64,000 nucleotides of DNA. It comes from the human T2T-CHM13v2.0 reference genome, Homo sapiens. Of the stretch, positions 49,140-62,646 are shown one piece after another (position 1 is the stretch's first letter; each line of letters starts with the position of its first letter). A model generated the notes under the pieces. That model saw only the letters and a program-made list of their open reading frames with translations. It was not told where the DNA came from and ran no database searches. Position numbers and translations under genes: made by a program. Location of the stretch: assembly GCF_009914755.1 (NCBI RefSeq), contig NC_060947.1; one strand, 5' to 3'.

Positions 49140-50480
49140 GTTTAAGTTTTCAATCCATTTTTAATTGACCTTTGTGTTTCATGTAAGATAAGGGTCCAAT
49201 TTTATTTTTTCTGTATGTGGATATCCAGCTTTCCCACTACCATTTGTTGAAAAAACTATTCTTCCCTTATTAGGTAATTTTGGCACACTTTTCAAACATC
49301 AGTTAATCGACTGTATGTGCATGTGTTTATTTCTGGGCTTCTTATCCTGTTGCATTGGGCTATATGTCTGTTCCTATGCCAGTACTCTCTAGTTACTGTA
49401 GCTTTGTAACATGTCTCGAAATCAGAAAGTTTGATGCCTCTAGATTTGTTCTTTCTGAAGATTTCTTGGGCTATTCCAGATAGTTTTGTGTTCTCATCTA
49501 AACTTTAGGATTGTTTGTTCTATTTCTGTAAAAAATGTTATTGTGATTTTTATGGGGATAGCATTGAATCTGTAGATAGCTTTGCATGGTATAGATATTT
49601 TAACAATATTAAAATTTCCAATCCATGAAGTGTCTTTCCATTTATTTGTGTCTTCTTTTATTTCTTTCAACAATGTTTTCTAGTTTTCAGTGTACAAGAC
49701 TTTTGCCTCCTTAATTACATTTATCCCTAAGTACTTTTTTTTCTTTTTAATACCATCATAATTGTAATGGGATTATTTTCTTAGTTTCCTTTTTTGGATG
49801 GTTTGTTCTTAGTGTGTAGAAATGTAACTTTTTTGTTTATTGATTTTGTATCCTGCAACTTTACTTAATTTCTTAGTTCTAACAGTTTTTTGTGATGCCT
49901 TCAGGGTTTTCTACATGTAGAACTATGTAATCTGCTAACAGGAATAGTTTTTCTTCCTTTCCTACTCAGCTTCTTTTTATTTCCTTTAATTCTTTTTCTT
50001 GCTTAATTGCTCTGGGTAAGATTTCCACCACTATTTTGGATACAAGTGGTGGGAGTGATTATCCTTGTCTTGTTTCTGATCATAGAGGAAAAAAAGTCAG
50101 TCTTTCACTATTAAGTATGATACCATCTGTGAGCTTGTCATATATAGCCTTTATTATGTGAAGGTACATTTTTTTCTCCACCTAGTGTGTTGAGCATTGT
50201 TATCATGAAGGAGTGTGGAATTTTGTCAAGTGCTTTTTCTGCCTCTGTTGAGATGATCGTATATTTTTTTAATCCTTCATGCTGTCCACATAGTTTTGTT
50301 CAAGTCCAATGTTTCCCTTTTGATTTTCTATCTGGATGTTTATCCATTGCTGAATATGGGAATTGAAGTCTCCTACTTTTATTGTATTGTCTCTATTTCT
50401 CCCTTCAGTTCTGTTAATATCTGGTTTGTATATTTAGTTGCTCCAATTTGGAGTGCATATATGTTTACAATTGTTATATC
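49140..50480 (-). mobile_element. L1M ORF2 fragments
   Basis: T-rich minus-strand ORF2 remnants. Confidence 0.7.
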
Positions 50481-53400
50481 TTCTTCTTCTTTCTTTTTTT
50501 TTTACATTGTATTTTGTTTTTTGTTATTATTATACTTTAAGTTCTGGTATACATGTGCAGAATGTGCAGGTTTGTTACATAGGTATACATGTGCCATGGT
50601 GGTTTGCTGTACCAATCAACATGTCATCTACATTAGGTATTTCTCCAAATGCTATCCCTCCCCTTGCCCCCACCCCCTGACAGGCCCCAGTGTGTGATGT
50701 TCCCCACCCTGTGCCCATATGGTCTCATTGCTCAACTCCCACTTATGAGTGAGAACATGCAGTGTTTGGTTTTCTGTTCCTGTGTTAGTTTGCTGAGAAT
50801 GATGGCTTCCAGCTTCATCCATGTCCCTGCAAAGGACATGAACTCATTCTTTTTTATGGCTGCATACTATTCCATGGTGTATGTGTGCCACATTTTCTTA
50901 ATCCAGTCTATCATTGATGGGTATTTGGGTTGGTTCCAAGTCTTTGCTATTGTGAATAGCGCTGCATTAAACATATGTGTGCATGTGTCTTTATAGTAGA
51001 ATGATTTATAATTTTTTGGTATATACCCAGTAATAGGATGGCTGGTTCAAATGGTGTTTCTGGTTCTAGATCATTGAGAAATTGCCACACTGTCTTCCAC
51101 AATGGTCGAACTAATTACCCTCCCACCAACAGTGTAAAAGTGTTCCTATTTCTCCACATCCTCTCCAGCATCTGTTGTTTCCTGACTTTTTAATGATCGC
51201 CATTCTAACTGGCATGAGATGGTATCTCATTGTGGTTTTGATTTGTATTTCTCTAATGAGTAGTGATGATGAGCTTTTTTTATATGTTTGTTAGCCTCAT
51301 AAATGTCTTCTTTTGAAAAGTGTCTGTTCATATCCTTTGCCCAATTTCGATAGGGTTGTTTTTTTCTTGCAAATTTGTTTAAGTTCCTTGTAGATTCTGG
51401 ATTTTAGCCCTTTGTCAGATGGATAGATTGCAAACATTTTCTCTCATTCTGTAGGTTGCTGGTTCACTCTGATGATAGTTTCTTTCGCTATGCAGAAGCT
51501 CTTTAGTTTAATTAGATCCCATTTGTCAATGTTGGCTTTTGTTACCGTTGCTTTTGGTGTTTTAGTCATGAAGTCTTGGCCCATGCCTATGTCCTGAATG
51601 GTATTGCCTAGGTTTTCTTCTAGAGTTTTTATGGTTTTAGTCTTACATTTAAGTCTTTAATCCCTCTTGAGTTAATTTTTGTATAATGTGTAAGGAAGGG
51701 GTCCAGTTTCAGTTTTCTGCATATGGCTAGCCAGTTTTCCCAACACCATTTATTAAATAGGGAATCCTTTCCCCATTGCTTGTTTTTGTCAGGTTTGTCA
51801 AAGATCAGATGGTTGTAGATGTGTGGTGTTATTTCTGAGGCCTCTGTTCTGCTCCATTGGTCTATATATCTGTTTTGGTACCAGTACCATGCTATTTTGG
51901 TTACTGTAGCCTTCTAGTATAGTTTGAAGTCAGATAGCATGATGCCTCCAGCTTTAGAAGATAAGAAGTAACTAAGATCAGAGTAGAACTGAAGGAAATA
52001 GAGACATGAAAAAGCCTTCAAAAAAATCAGTGAATCCAGGCGCTGGTTTTTTGAAAAGATTAACAAAATAGACCACTAGCCAGACTAATAAAGAAGAAAA
52101 GAGAGAAGAATCAAATAGACAAAATGAAAAATGATAAAGGGGAGATCACCACTGATCCAACAGAAATACAAACTACCATCAGAGAATACTATAAACACCT
52201 CTATGCAAATAAACTAGAAAATCTAGAAGAAATGGATACATTCCTGAACACATACACCTTCCCAAGACTAAACCAGGAAGAAGTCGAATCACTGAATAGA
52301 CCAATAACAAGTTCTGAAGTTGAGGCATAATTAAATAGCCTACCAACCAAAAAAAGCCCAGGACCAGACAGATTCACAGCCGAATTCTACCAGAGGTACA
52401 AAGAGGAACTGGTACCATTCCTTTTGAAACTATTCCAAACAATAGAAAAAGAGGGACTCTTCCCTAACTCATTTTATGATGCCAGCATCATCCTGATACC
52501 AAAACTTGGCAGAGACACAACAAAAAAAGAAAATTTCAGGCCAGTATCTTTGATGAACATCAATGTAAAAATCCTCAATAAAATACTGGCAAACCAAATC
52601 CAGCAGCATGTCAAAAAGCTTATCCACCACAATCAAGTAGGCTTCATCCCTGGGATGCAAGGCTAGTTCAACATACGCAAATCAATAAATGTAATCCATC
52701 ACATAAACAGAACCAATTACAAAAACCACATGATTATCTCAATAGATGCAGAAAAAGCCTTCAATAAAATTCAACACCCCTTCATGCTAAAAACCCTCAA
52801 TAAACTAGATATTGATGGAACATATCTCAAAATAATAAGACCTATTTATGACAAACCCACAGCCAATATCATACTAAATGGGCAAGAGCTGGAAGCATTC
52901 CCTTTGAAAATCGGCACAAGACAAGGATGCCCTCTCTCACCACTCCTATTCAACATAGTATTGGAAGTCCGGCCAGGGTAATCACACAAGAGAAGGAAAT
53001 AAAGGGTATTCAAATAGGAAGGGAGGAAGTCAAATTATCTCTGTTTGCACATGACATGACTTTATATTTAGAAAACCCCATCGTCTCAGCCCAAAAACTC
53101 CTTAAGCTGATAAGCAACTTCAGCAGGCTCAGGATACAAAATCAATGTGCAAAAATCACAAGCATTCCTATATACCAATAATAGAGAGCCAAATCATGAG
53201 TGAACTCCCATTCACAATTGCTAAAAAGAGAATAAAATACCTAGGAATACAACTTACAGGGGATGTGAAGGACCTCTTCAAGGAGAACTACAAATCACTG
53301 CTCGAGGAAATAAGAGAGGACACAATCAAATGGAAAAACATTCCATGCTCATGGATAGGAAGAATCAATATCGTGAAAATGGCCATACTGCTCATAGTAA

Positions 53401-53531
53401 TTTATAGATTCAATGCTATCCTCATTAAGCTACCATTGACTTTCCTCACAGAATTAGAAAAAATTATTTTAAATTTCATATGGAATCAAAATAGAGCCCG
53501 TATAGCCAAGACAATCCTAAGCAAACAAAAC
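50481..53531 (-). mobile_element. L1PA7/8-like ~3-kb insertion with ~1.6-kb twin-priming inversion
   Basis: Minus segment 50481-51955 and plus segment 51956-53531 (RT ORFs 52124-53549). The two ends are contiguous in L1 coordinates. Confidence 0.9.
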
Positions 53532-54286
53532 TATGATATATTGTTATAGTCCTTTAGTTCAGTGTGTTGTTAAGTACTCATGGTTATTTCTTCTTTAATT
53601 TTTTAATTACTTTGGAAGCTTCTTGCTTAAATTTCAAATGTAGATTTTTAGCGATTTTTAATTTTGAGCTCAATAGAATTATAAATTGATTTATGACCCA
53701 GCATATGCTCAACTTTTATAGATGTTTTATATGTATCTGAAAGCTATACGTGTTCTGCAGTAATTGGATGCAGCGTTCTATATATGTCAATTAGATCAAG
53801 TTTATTAATTGGGTTTTTCAAGTCCTCTACATATTGAATTTTTTGTACATTTGTGCAGCAGCCGTGTGGTGTGCCACCTTGCTCTCCCTTCAGGAAAGTA
53901 CCTCCACAGTAGGTGCATTTAGCTGAAAGCCTTCAGCTGCAGCAGTTTGGGGATCTGACATGCGGTTTGATGGAGTGCCAAATTCTTGCTGGAAAGTTCC
54001 CAGACAAAAACTGAGCACTATGAAGATACTAGACCTTGGCTATTTCTACCCAATGCAGCATTCTTCTACAGTCACTTAAGTACAGAATTCTTCAATAGCA
54101 TCATTTTTCATTTCTCTGAGATAAATTCTCAAGAGCACAGTTTCAGGGGCATGTGGTAATTACATTTTTATTTTTCTAAGAAAACACAAAGCTGTTTTCC
54201 ATAGAGAATGTACCAATTTATATTCCCACCAACAATGTATCAGTGATCCAGTTTCTCTGCATCCTAACCACCATTGATGTTATCAC

Positions 54287-54567
54287 TTTTTTTTTTTTTT
54301 TGAAACAGAGTCTTACTCTGTTTTCCAGACTGGAGTGCAGTGGTGCAATCTTGGCTCACGGCAGCCTCCACCTCCTGGGTTCAAGAGATCCTCATGCCTC
54401 AGCCTCCTGGGATTACAGGCATACACTACCACACCCGGCTAATTTTTGTATTTTTAGTAGAGATGGGGTTTCACCAGGCTGGTCTTAAACTCTTGGTCTC
54501 GAGTGATCTGCCCACCTCAGCCTCCCAAAGTGCTGGGATTACAGGCATGAGCCAGCTCACCCAGCCC
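54287..54567 (-). mobile_element. Alu (AluJ/old S)
   Basis: Poly(T) followed by gaaacagagtcttactctg...ctgggattacaggcatgagcc. Confidence 0.9.
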
Positions 54568-54904
54568 AGGTATTTTTAAGTTTAGACATTCTGGTAGGTT
54601 TATAGGGGTATCTCATTGTGCTTTTAATTTGCAGTTCCCCCTGGTGGCTAATGATGTATTTTCTCTTTTCATGGCCTTATTTGCAATTTGCATACTCCTT
54701 TCAATGAAATGTCTATATCTTTTGTCCATTTCCTAATTATTGAATTTTGAATTTTAAAAATATGTTCTAGATACTAGTCCTAGATTTACAAATATCCCAG
54801 TCTGTTGCTTGTCATTTTATCCTTAGAGTTTTTGCAGAGCAAAAGGCTTTAAAATTCTGATGAGGTCTAACTTACCAATTTTCATTTTATGTATCATGCT
54901 TTTA

Positions 54905-55740
54905 ACATTTTTTATTTTAATTTTATGGGTACATAGTATATGTATATATTTATGGGGTACATGAGATGTTTCAATATAGGCATGCAATGCATAATAATCA
55001 TATCATGTAAAATGGGGTATCCATTCCCTCAAGCATTTATCCTTTGTGTTCATATTAGTCCATTCTCACATTGTTATAAAGAACTACCTGAGACTGGGTA
55101 ACTTATAAAGAAAAGAGGTTTAAAATTGGCTCACATTTCCACAGGCTGTACAGGAAGCATGGCTGGGGAAGCCTCAGGAAACTTACAATCATGGCAGAAG
55201 GCAGAGGGGAAGCAGGAACGTCCTACATGGCTGGAGCAGAAGGAAGAGAGCAAACAGGGAGGTAGAGGTGCTACACACTTTTAAACAACGAGATCTCATG
55301 AGAACTCACCATCAGGAGAACAGCGAGGAGGAAATCTGCCCCCATGATCCAATAATCTCCCACTAGGCCCCTCCTCCAACATTGGGGATTACAATTTGAC
55401 ATTAGATTTGGGCGGGGACACAAATCCAAACCATATCAGTGTTATAAACAATCCAATTACACTCTTTTAGTTATTTTAAAATGTACAATTAAATTATTAT
55501 TGACTATAGTCACACTGTTGTGCTATCAAATACTAGGTCTGATTCATTCTTTCTAACTATTTTTTTTTTATCCATTAACTATCCCCACCTTCCTTCACCC
55601 CAGCCCATTACAACCTTTCCCAGTCTCTGGTAGCCATCCTTCTACTCTCTATCTCCATGAATTCAGTCGTTTTGACTTTTAGATCCCACAAATAAGTAAG
55701 AACACACAATGTTTTGTCTTTCTTGCCTGCCTTATTTCAT
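54905..55740 (-). mobile_element. L1MA2/3 3' end split by an MSTA LTR
   Basis: Same 3' end motif as 35020-35235; resumes after the LTR. Confidence 0.75.
55051..55438 (-). mobile_element. MSTA MaLR solo LTR
   Basis: 5-bp TSD GTGTT (55046-55050, 55439-55443); ends ggggacacaaatccaaaccatatca. Confidence 0.9.
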
Positions 55741-57010
55741 GTTGCAAATGACAGGACCTGTTTTATTTCTTTTTATGGCTGAATAGTATTCCATTGTGTG
55801 TATATATACCACATTTCATTTATACATTTATCTATTAAGGGACACTCGGGTTGTTACCACTGTTGGGCTACTGTGAATAGTGTTTCTATGAACATTTGTG
55901 AGCATATTTTTGGTTGGATATTTGTTTTTGAGTCTCTTGAGTAAATATCTTGGAGTGGAATTGCTGGATGATATAGTAACTTTATGTGTAAGCTTTTGAG
56001 TAACTTCCAGAATGTTTTTTGCCATGATTGCACAATTTTAAATTCTCGTTGATGGTTCAGTTTATCTACATTCTCACCAACATTTGTTATTTTCTGCCAT
56101 TATTGTTATTATTAGCATCCTAATGGGTGTGAAGTGATATCTAATTGTTGTTTTGATTTGCATTTCCCCAGTGATTAATATTGAGCCTCTTTTCATGTGC
56201 TTACTGGCCATTTGCATATCTCCTTTAGAGAAATGTCTATTCAAGTCATTTGCTCATTTTTAAATTGGGTTGCTTTTCTCATTATTATTGAGTTGTAGGA
56301 GTTACTCATATATTCTGAACACTAGATCCTTATCTAGTTATCAGATATATGGACCCTTATCTAGTTATCAGATATATGATTTGCAAATATGTTCTCTCAT
56401 TCTGTCTTTTCACCTCTTAATAATGTCTTTTGATGCACTAAGGTTTTGAATTTTGATGAAGTCCATTTTATGGTTTTTAAAATTTTGTTACTTGTGCTTT
56501 TGGTGCCATATCTAAGAAACCATTGCCTGATTCAACATCATGATTTATTCCCAAGTTTTCTTCTAATATTGGTACAGTTTTAGCTCTTATATTTAGGTCT
56601 TTGAACTATTTTGAGTTAATTTTTATACATAATGTTAGGTAAAGGTCCAACTTCATTCTTTTGCATGTGGATATCCAGTTTTCCCAGAACCATTTGTTGA
56701 AGAGACTGTTCTTTCCCCATTGTATGGTCTTGGCATCCTGGTTGAAAATCAATTATACATAGATGTTTGGGTTTATTTCTGGATTCTCAATTCCATTTCA
56801 GTGATTTATAGATGCCATTGTCTATCCTTATGCTAGTGCCACATTGTTTGGATTACTGTAGTGTTATAATAAGTTTTGAAATTGGAAAGTGTGAGTCTTC
56901 CAACTTTTTATTTTGTTTTCTAAATTGATTTGGCTACTTGGACTCATTGCAATTCCATATGAATTTTAGTATTGTCATTTCCATATCTATAGAAAAGGTT
57001 ATTGGGACTT
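55740..57010 (-). mobile_element. L1MB-like ORF2/3' fragment
   Basis: Minus-strand L1M sequence with a short tandem duplication ccttatctagttatcagatatatg at ~56328-56378. Confidence 0.7.
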
Positions 57011-57014
57011 TACA

Positions 57015-57350
57015 TATAATAGGAAAACCAACTGTTTTTCCTACTCTCATGCTTAGCACAGACCACTTCTGGTCACCAAATTACATATGGGGATTTCTCC
57101 ACACCAACAATCTATTCTCCTGTGGACACCCACTTGGTGTCCTATAATTAAATTAAATTATGACACCATCTGCCTGGAAACAATGTCAGATCCCACAGGT
57201 TAAGGGCTCAACCCTGCAATACTGTGTATATTCAGATGCCAGTTATAAGTAGTAGCTTGTCACCTATACTTCTGACAACTAGCTATAAATCAGGATTCCT
57301 TTGACCTTTCCCTCAGTTTAGATTAATTTGCTAATATGGCTCATAAAACT
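57015..57350. mobile_element. MER21-like LTR fragment
   Basis: cacttctggtcaccaaa...tgtcagatcccacaggttaagggctca. Confidence 0.6.
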
Positions 57351-57893
57351 GAGTCTATATATTTAAAGTGGGTTTGTTGTAGACAACATGTAGTTGGATT
57401 TTATTAAAAACCTACATTGGCAATCTTTTTTTGAATTGGTGCATTTAGATCATTTATATTTAAAGTGGTTATTGATTTTTAAAATGTATATCTACCATAT
57501 TTGGTAACTATTTTCTGTTGCTTTTTACATTTTTAAAATTTTTATAGATTTAGGAGATAGAAGTGCCATATTTTTGTTATGTGGATATATTACATAATGA
57601 TAAAGTCTGGATTTTTGGTTTACTCATCACCTGAATAGTGGCTCTTATATCCTTAGGTAATTTTTCAACCCTCACCCCCTCCTACTATCCCACCTTTTAG
57701 AATCTCCAGTGTCTACTATTTCACTCTGTATGTCCATGTGTACTCATTTTTACTTCCCACTTACAAGTGAGAACATGCAGTTTTCAACTTTCTGTTTCTG
57801 AGCTACTTCACTTAGGATAATGACCTCCAGTTCCATCCATGCAACTGCAAAAGACATGATTTCATTCTTTCTTATGGCTGCATAGTATTCCAT

Positions 57894-57939
<46 letters not shown>

Positions 57940-58914
57940 ATATAAAATCTTCTTTATCTAATCATCTGTTTATGCACACTTAGGTTGATTCCATGACTTT
58001 GCTATTGTGAATAGTGCTGCAATAAACATATAAGTGCAAGTATCCTTTTAATTAATGATTTCTTTTCCATTGGGTAGATACTCAATAGTGAGATTGCTAG
58101 ATTGAATGGTAGTTCTATTTTTCGTTCTTTGAGAATCCCCACACTGTTTTCTGTAGAGGTTGTATTAATTTACATTTCCATCAACAATGTATAAGCATAC
58201 CCTTTCCTCTAAATCCTTGCCAACATCTGTTGTTTTTTTGACTTTTTAGTAATAGCCATTCTGACTGGTATACAATGATATCTCATTGGGGTTTTAATTT
58301 GCATTTCTCTGATGATTAGTGATGTTGAGCATGATTTCATATATTTGTTGGCTGTACGTCTTCTTTTGAAAAATGTCTGTTGTGTCCTTTGGCCATTTTT
58401 AATGGGGTTATTTGGGATTTTTTTCTTGTTGAGTTGTTTGAGTTTCTTGTAGATTCTGGATATTAGCCTTTTGTTAGATGCATAGTTTGAAAATATTTTC
58501 TTCCATTCTATAGGTTTTCTGTTTACTCTGCTGATTCTTTTGCTGTGCAGAAGCTTTTTAGTTTCATTCCCATTTGTCTATTTTTTGTTTTGTTTCATTT
58601 GATTTTGGGGACTTAGTCATAAATTCTTTGTCTATGCCAAAGTCTAAAGAGTTTTCATAGGTGTTCTTCTAGGATTTTTTATAGTTTAAGGTCTTAAATT
58701 TAAGTATTTACTCCGTTTTGAGTTAATTTTTGTATATGGTGAGAGATATGGGTCCAGGTTCATTCTTCTGCGTATGATGATTAAATAGTCCCAGCACCAT
58801 ATATTGAATAGACTGACCTTTCCCCAGTGTGTATTTTTGTTGGTTGTGGATACGTGGCTTTATTTCTGGATTCTCAATTCTCTTCCATTGACCTATGTGT
58901 CCATTTTTATACCA

Positions 58915-61285
58915 CTACCGTGCTGTTTTTGCAGTGACTGGTACCAGTTTTTCCTTTCCATATTTAGTGCTTCCTTCCAGAGCTCTTGTAAGGCAGGCCT
59001 GGTGGTGACAGAATCCCTCAGCATTTCCTTGTCTGTAAAGGATTTTATTTCTGCTTCACTTATGAAACTTAGTTTGGCTGGATATGAAATTCTGGGTTGA
59101 AAATTATTTTCTTTAAGAATGTTGAATATTGGCCCCCACTCTCTTCTGGCTTGTTGCATTTCTCCAGAGACATTCACTGATGGGCTTCCCTATGTAGGTA
59201 ACCTGACCTTTCTCTCTGGCTGCCCTTAACATTTTTTCCTGGGTTTCAACCTTGGGGAATCTGACAATTATGTGTCTTGGGGTTGCTCTTCTTGAGGAAT
59301 ATCTTAGTGGTGTTCTCTGTATTTCCTGAATTTGAATGTTGGCCTATCTTGCTAGGTTGGGGAAGTTCTCCTGGATAATATACTGAAGGGTGTTTTCCAA
59401 CTTGGTTCCATTCTTCCCGTCACTTTCAGGGACCCCAATCAATCAGAGGTTTAGTCTTTTCACATAGTCCCATATTTCTTGGAGGCTTTGTTTGCTCCTT
59501 TTTAATCTTTTTTTCTCTAATCTTGTCTTCATGCCTCATTTAGTAAGTTGATCTTCAATCTCTGATATTCTTTCTTCCGCTTGATTGATTCAGCTGTTGA
59601 TACTTATGTATGCTTCAAAAGTTCTTGTGCTGTGTTTTTCAGCTCCATCAGGTCATTTATATTCTTTAAACTGGTTATTCTAGTTAGCAGTTCCTGTAAC
59701 CTTTTGTCAACGTTCTTAGCTTCCTTGCATTGGGTTTGAACATGCTCCTTTAGCTCAGAGGAGTTTGTTATTACTGACCTTCTGAAGCCTACTTCTGTCA
59801 ATTCGTCAAACTCATTCTCTGTCCAGTTTTGTGCCCTTGCTGGAGAGGAATTGCAGTCATTTGGAGGAGAAGAGGCATTCTGGTTTTTGGAATTTTCAGC
59901 CTTTTTACGCTGGTTTTTTTCTCATCCTCATGGATTTATCTACCTTTGATCTTTGAGATTGATGACCTTTGGATGGAGTTTCTGTGTGGGCATTCTTTTT
60001 GTTGATGTTGATGTTATTGCTTTCTGTTTGTTAGTTTTTCTTCTAACAGTCAGGCCCCTCTTCTGCAGGTCTGCTGCAGTTTCCTGGAGGTCCACTCCAT
60101 ACCCTATTTTCATGGATATCACCAGTGGAGGCTGCAGAACAGCAAAGATTGCTGCCTGTTCCTTCCTCTGGAAGCTTTGTCCCAGAGGGTCACCGACCTG
60201 ATGCCAGCCAGAGCTCTCCTGTATGAGGTATCTGTCAACCCCTCTTGGAAGGTCTCTCCCAGTCAGGAGGCACGTGGGTCAGGGACCCACATGAGGAGGC
60301 AGTCTGTCCCTTAGCAGAGCTCGAGCACTGTGCTGGGGGAACCCTCCTTGTCAGGATCTGCTGCTCTCTTCAGAGCTGGCAGGCGGGAATGTTTAAGTCT
60401 GCTGAAGCTACACCCACTGCCACCCCTTCCCCCAGGTGCTCTGTCTCAGGGAGATGGGAGTTTTATCTATAAGCCCCTCACTGGAGCTGCTACCTTTCTT
60501 TCAGAGATGCCCTGCCTAGTGAAGAGGAATCTAGAGAGGCAGTCTGGCCACAGCCGCTTTGCCATGCTGTGTTGAGTTCTGCCTAGTCTGAATTTCTAGG
60601 CCTTTTTAGTGTGGTCAGGGGAAAACTGCCTACTCAAACCTCAGTAATGGCAGATGCCCCCCGCTACCAAGCTCAATCTTTCCAGGTCAACCTCAGACTG
60701 CTGTGCTAGCAGCAAGAATTTCAAGCCATTAGTTCTTAGCTTGCTGGGCTCCACGGAAGTGGGACCCGCTGAGTGAGACCACTTGGCTCCCTGGCTTCAG
60801 CCCCCTTTCCAGGGGAGTGAATGGTTCTGTCTCCCTGGGGTTCCAGGCACCACTGGGCAGGGGAGGAGGATGGGAAACTCCTGCAGCTAGCTCAGTGTCT
60901 GCCCGAACAGCCGCCCAGTTTTGTGCTTGAAACCCAGAGCCCTGGTGGTGTAGGCACATGAGGGAATCGCCTGGTCTGCAGATTGCAAAAACCGTGGGAA
61001 AAGCATAGTATCTGGGCTGGATATCACAGTCCCTCATGGCTTCCCTTGGCTAGGGGAGGGAGTTCCCCAACCCCTTGCACTTTCTGGGTGAGGTCATGCC
61101 CCACCCTGGTTCTGCTCACCCTCTGTGGGCTGCACCCGCTGCCTAACCAGTTCCAATGAGATGAATAATGTACCTCAGTTGGAAATGCAGAAATCACCTG
61201 CCTTCTGCATTGGTCTCACTGGGAGCTGCAGACTGGAGCTGTTCCTATTTGGCCTTCTTGCCAGCAGAATCTACTGTGCCGTTTT
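58915..61285 (-). mobile_element. L1PA7/8-like 5' UTR + ORF1 only, with TSD
   Basis: 5' end at ~61270 (ctggcaagaaggccaaataggaac), ORF1 remnants (59604-59801, 58893-59177), ending at ctgcaaaaaca. Flanking direct repeats at 58915-58929 and 61271-61285. Confidence 0.85.
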
Positions 61286-62248
61286 GGTTGCTATAGCCTT
61301 GTAGCATAATTTTCACTTGGGTAATGTGATACTTTCAGCTTGGTTCTTTTTGCTTAGGATTGCTTTGGCTATTTGGGCTCTTTTTTGGTTCCATATGTAC
61401 TTTATAATTTTTTTTTCTAATTCTGTGGAAAATGACGTTGGTAACTTGATAGGAATTACATTGAATCTGTAGATTGGGCAGTATAGTCATTTTAACAATA
61501 TTGATTCTTTCAATTCATGCACATGAGTTATCTTCCATTTAATTGTGTCATCTATGATTTCTTTCATCAGTGTTTTGTAGTTCGCTTTGTAAGGATGTTT
61601 TACCTCCTTGATTAAATACATTCCTAGGTATTTTAATGTTTGTAGCTATTGCAAATGACATTGAGTTCTTGATTTAGCGCTCTGCTTGATACTGTTTGGT
61701 GTATAGAAATGCTACTGATTTTTGTACATTGATTTTGTAGCCTTAAACTTTACTGAAGTCATCTTTAAATCTAGGAGTCTCTTGAAAGAGTCTTTAGTGT
61801 TTTCTAGGTATGAGATCATATGATCAGTAAACAGAGATAATTTGACTTCCTCTCTTCCAATTTGGATGACTTTTATTCATTTCTCTTGCCTTTTTGCTCT
61901 AGCTAAGACTTCCAGTAGTATGCTCAATAGGGAGTGGTAAAAATGGGCATCCTTGACTTCTTCCTGTTCTTAGGGGGAATACTTTCAACTTTTACCCATT
62001 CGGTATGATGTTGGCTATGGGTTTATTATATATGGCTTTAATTATTTTGAGGTGTGTTCCTTTGATGCCTAGCTTGTTGAGGGTTTTATCATGAAAGGGT
62101 ACTAAATTTTATCAAATGCTTTTTTGCATCTATCTAGATGATCATATGGTTATTGTTTTTAATTCTATATATGTGGTGAATCACATTTATTAATTTGCAT
62201 GTGTTGAACCACCCTTGTATCCCTGGAATAAGGAGCACTTGATTGTGA

Positions 62249-62646
<398 letters not shown>

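Noticed and set aside
60647-60710. Intact L1 ORF0 on the antisense strand
   Set aside because: Begins MADAP but shifts frame and stops after about 20 codons.
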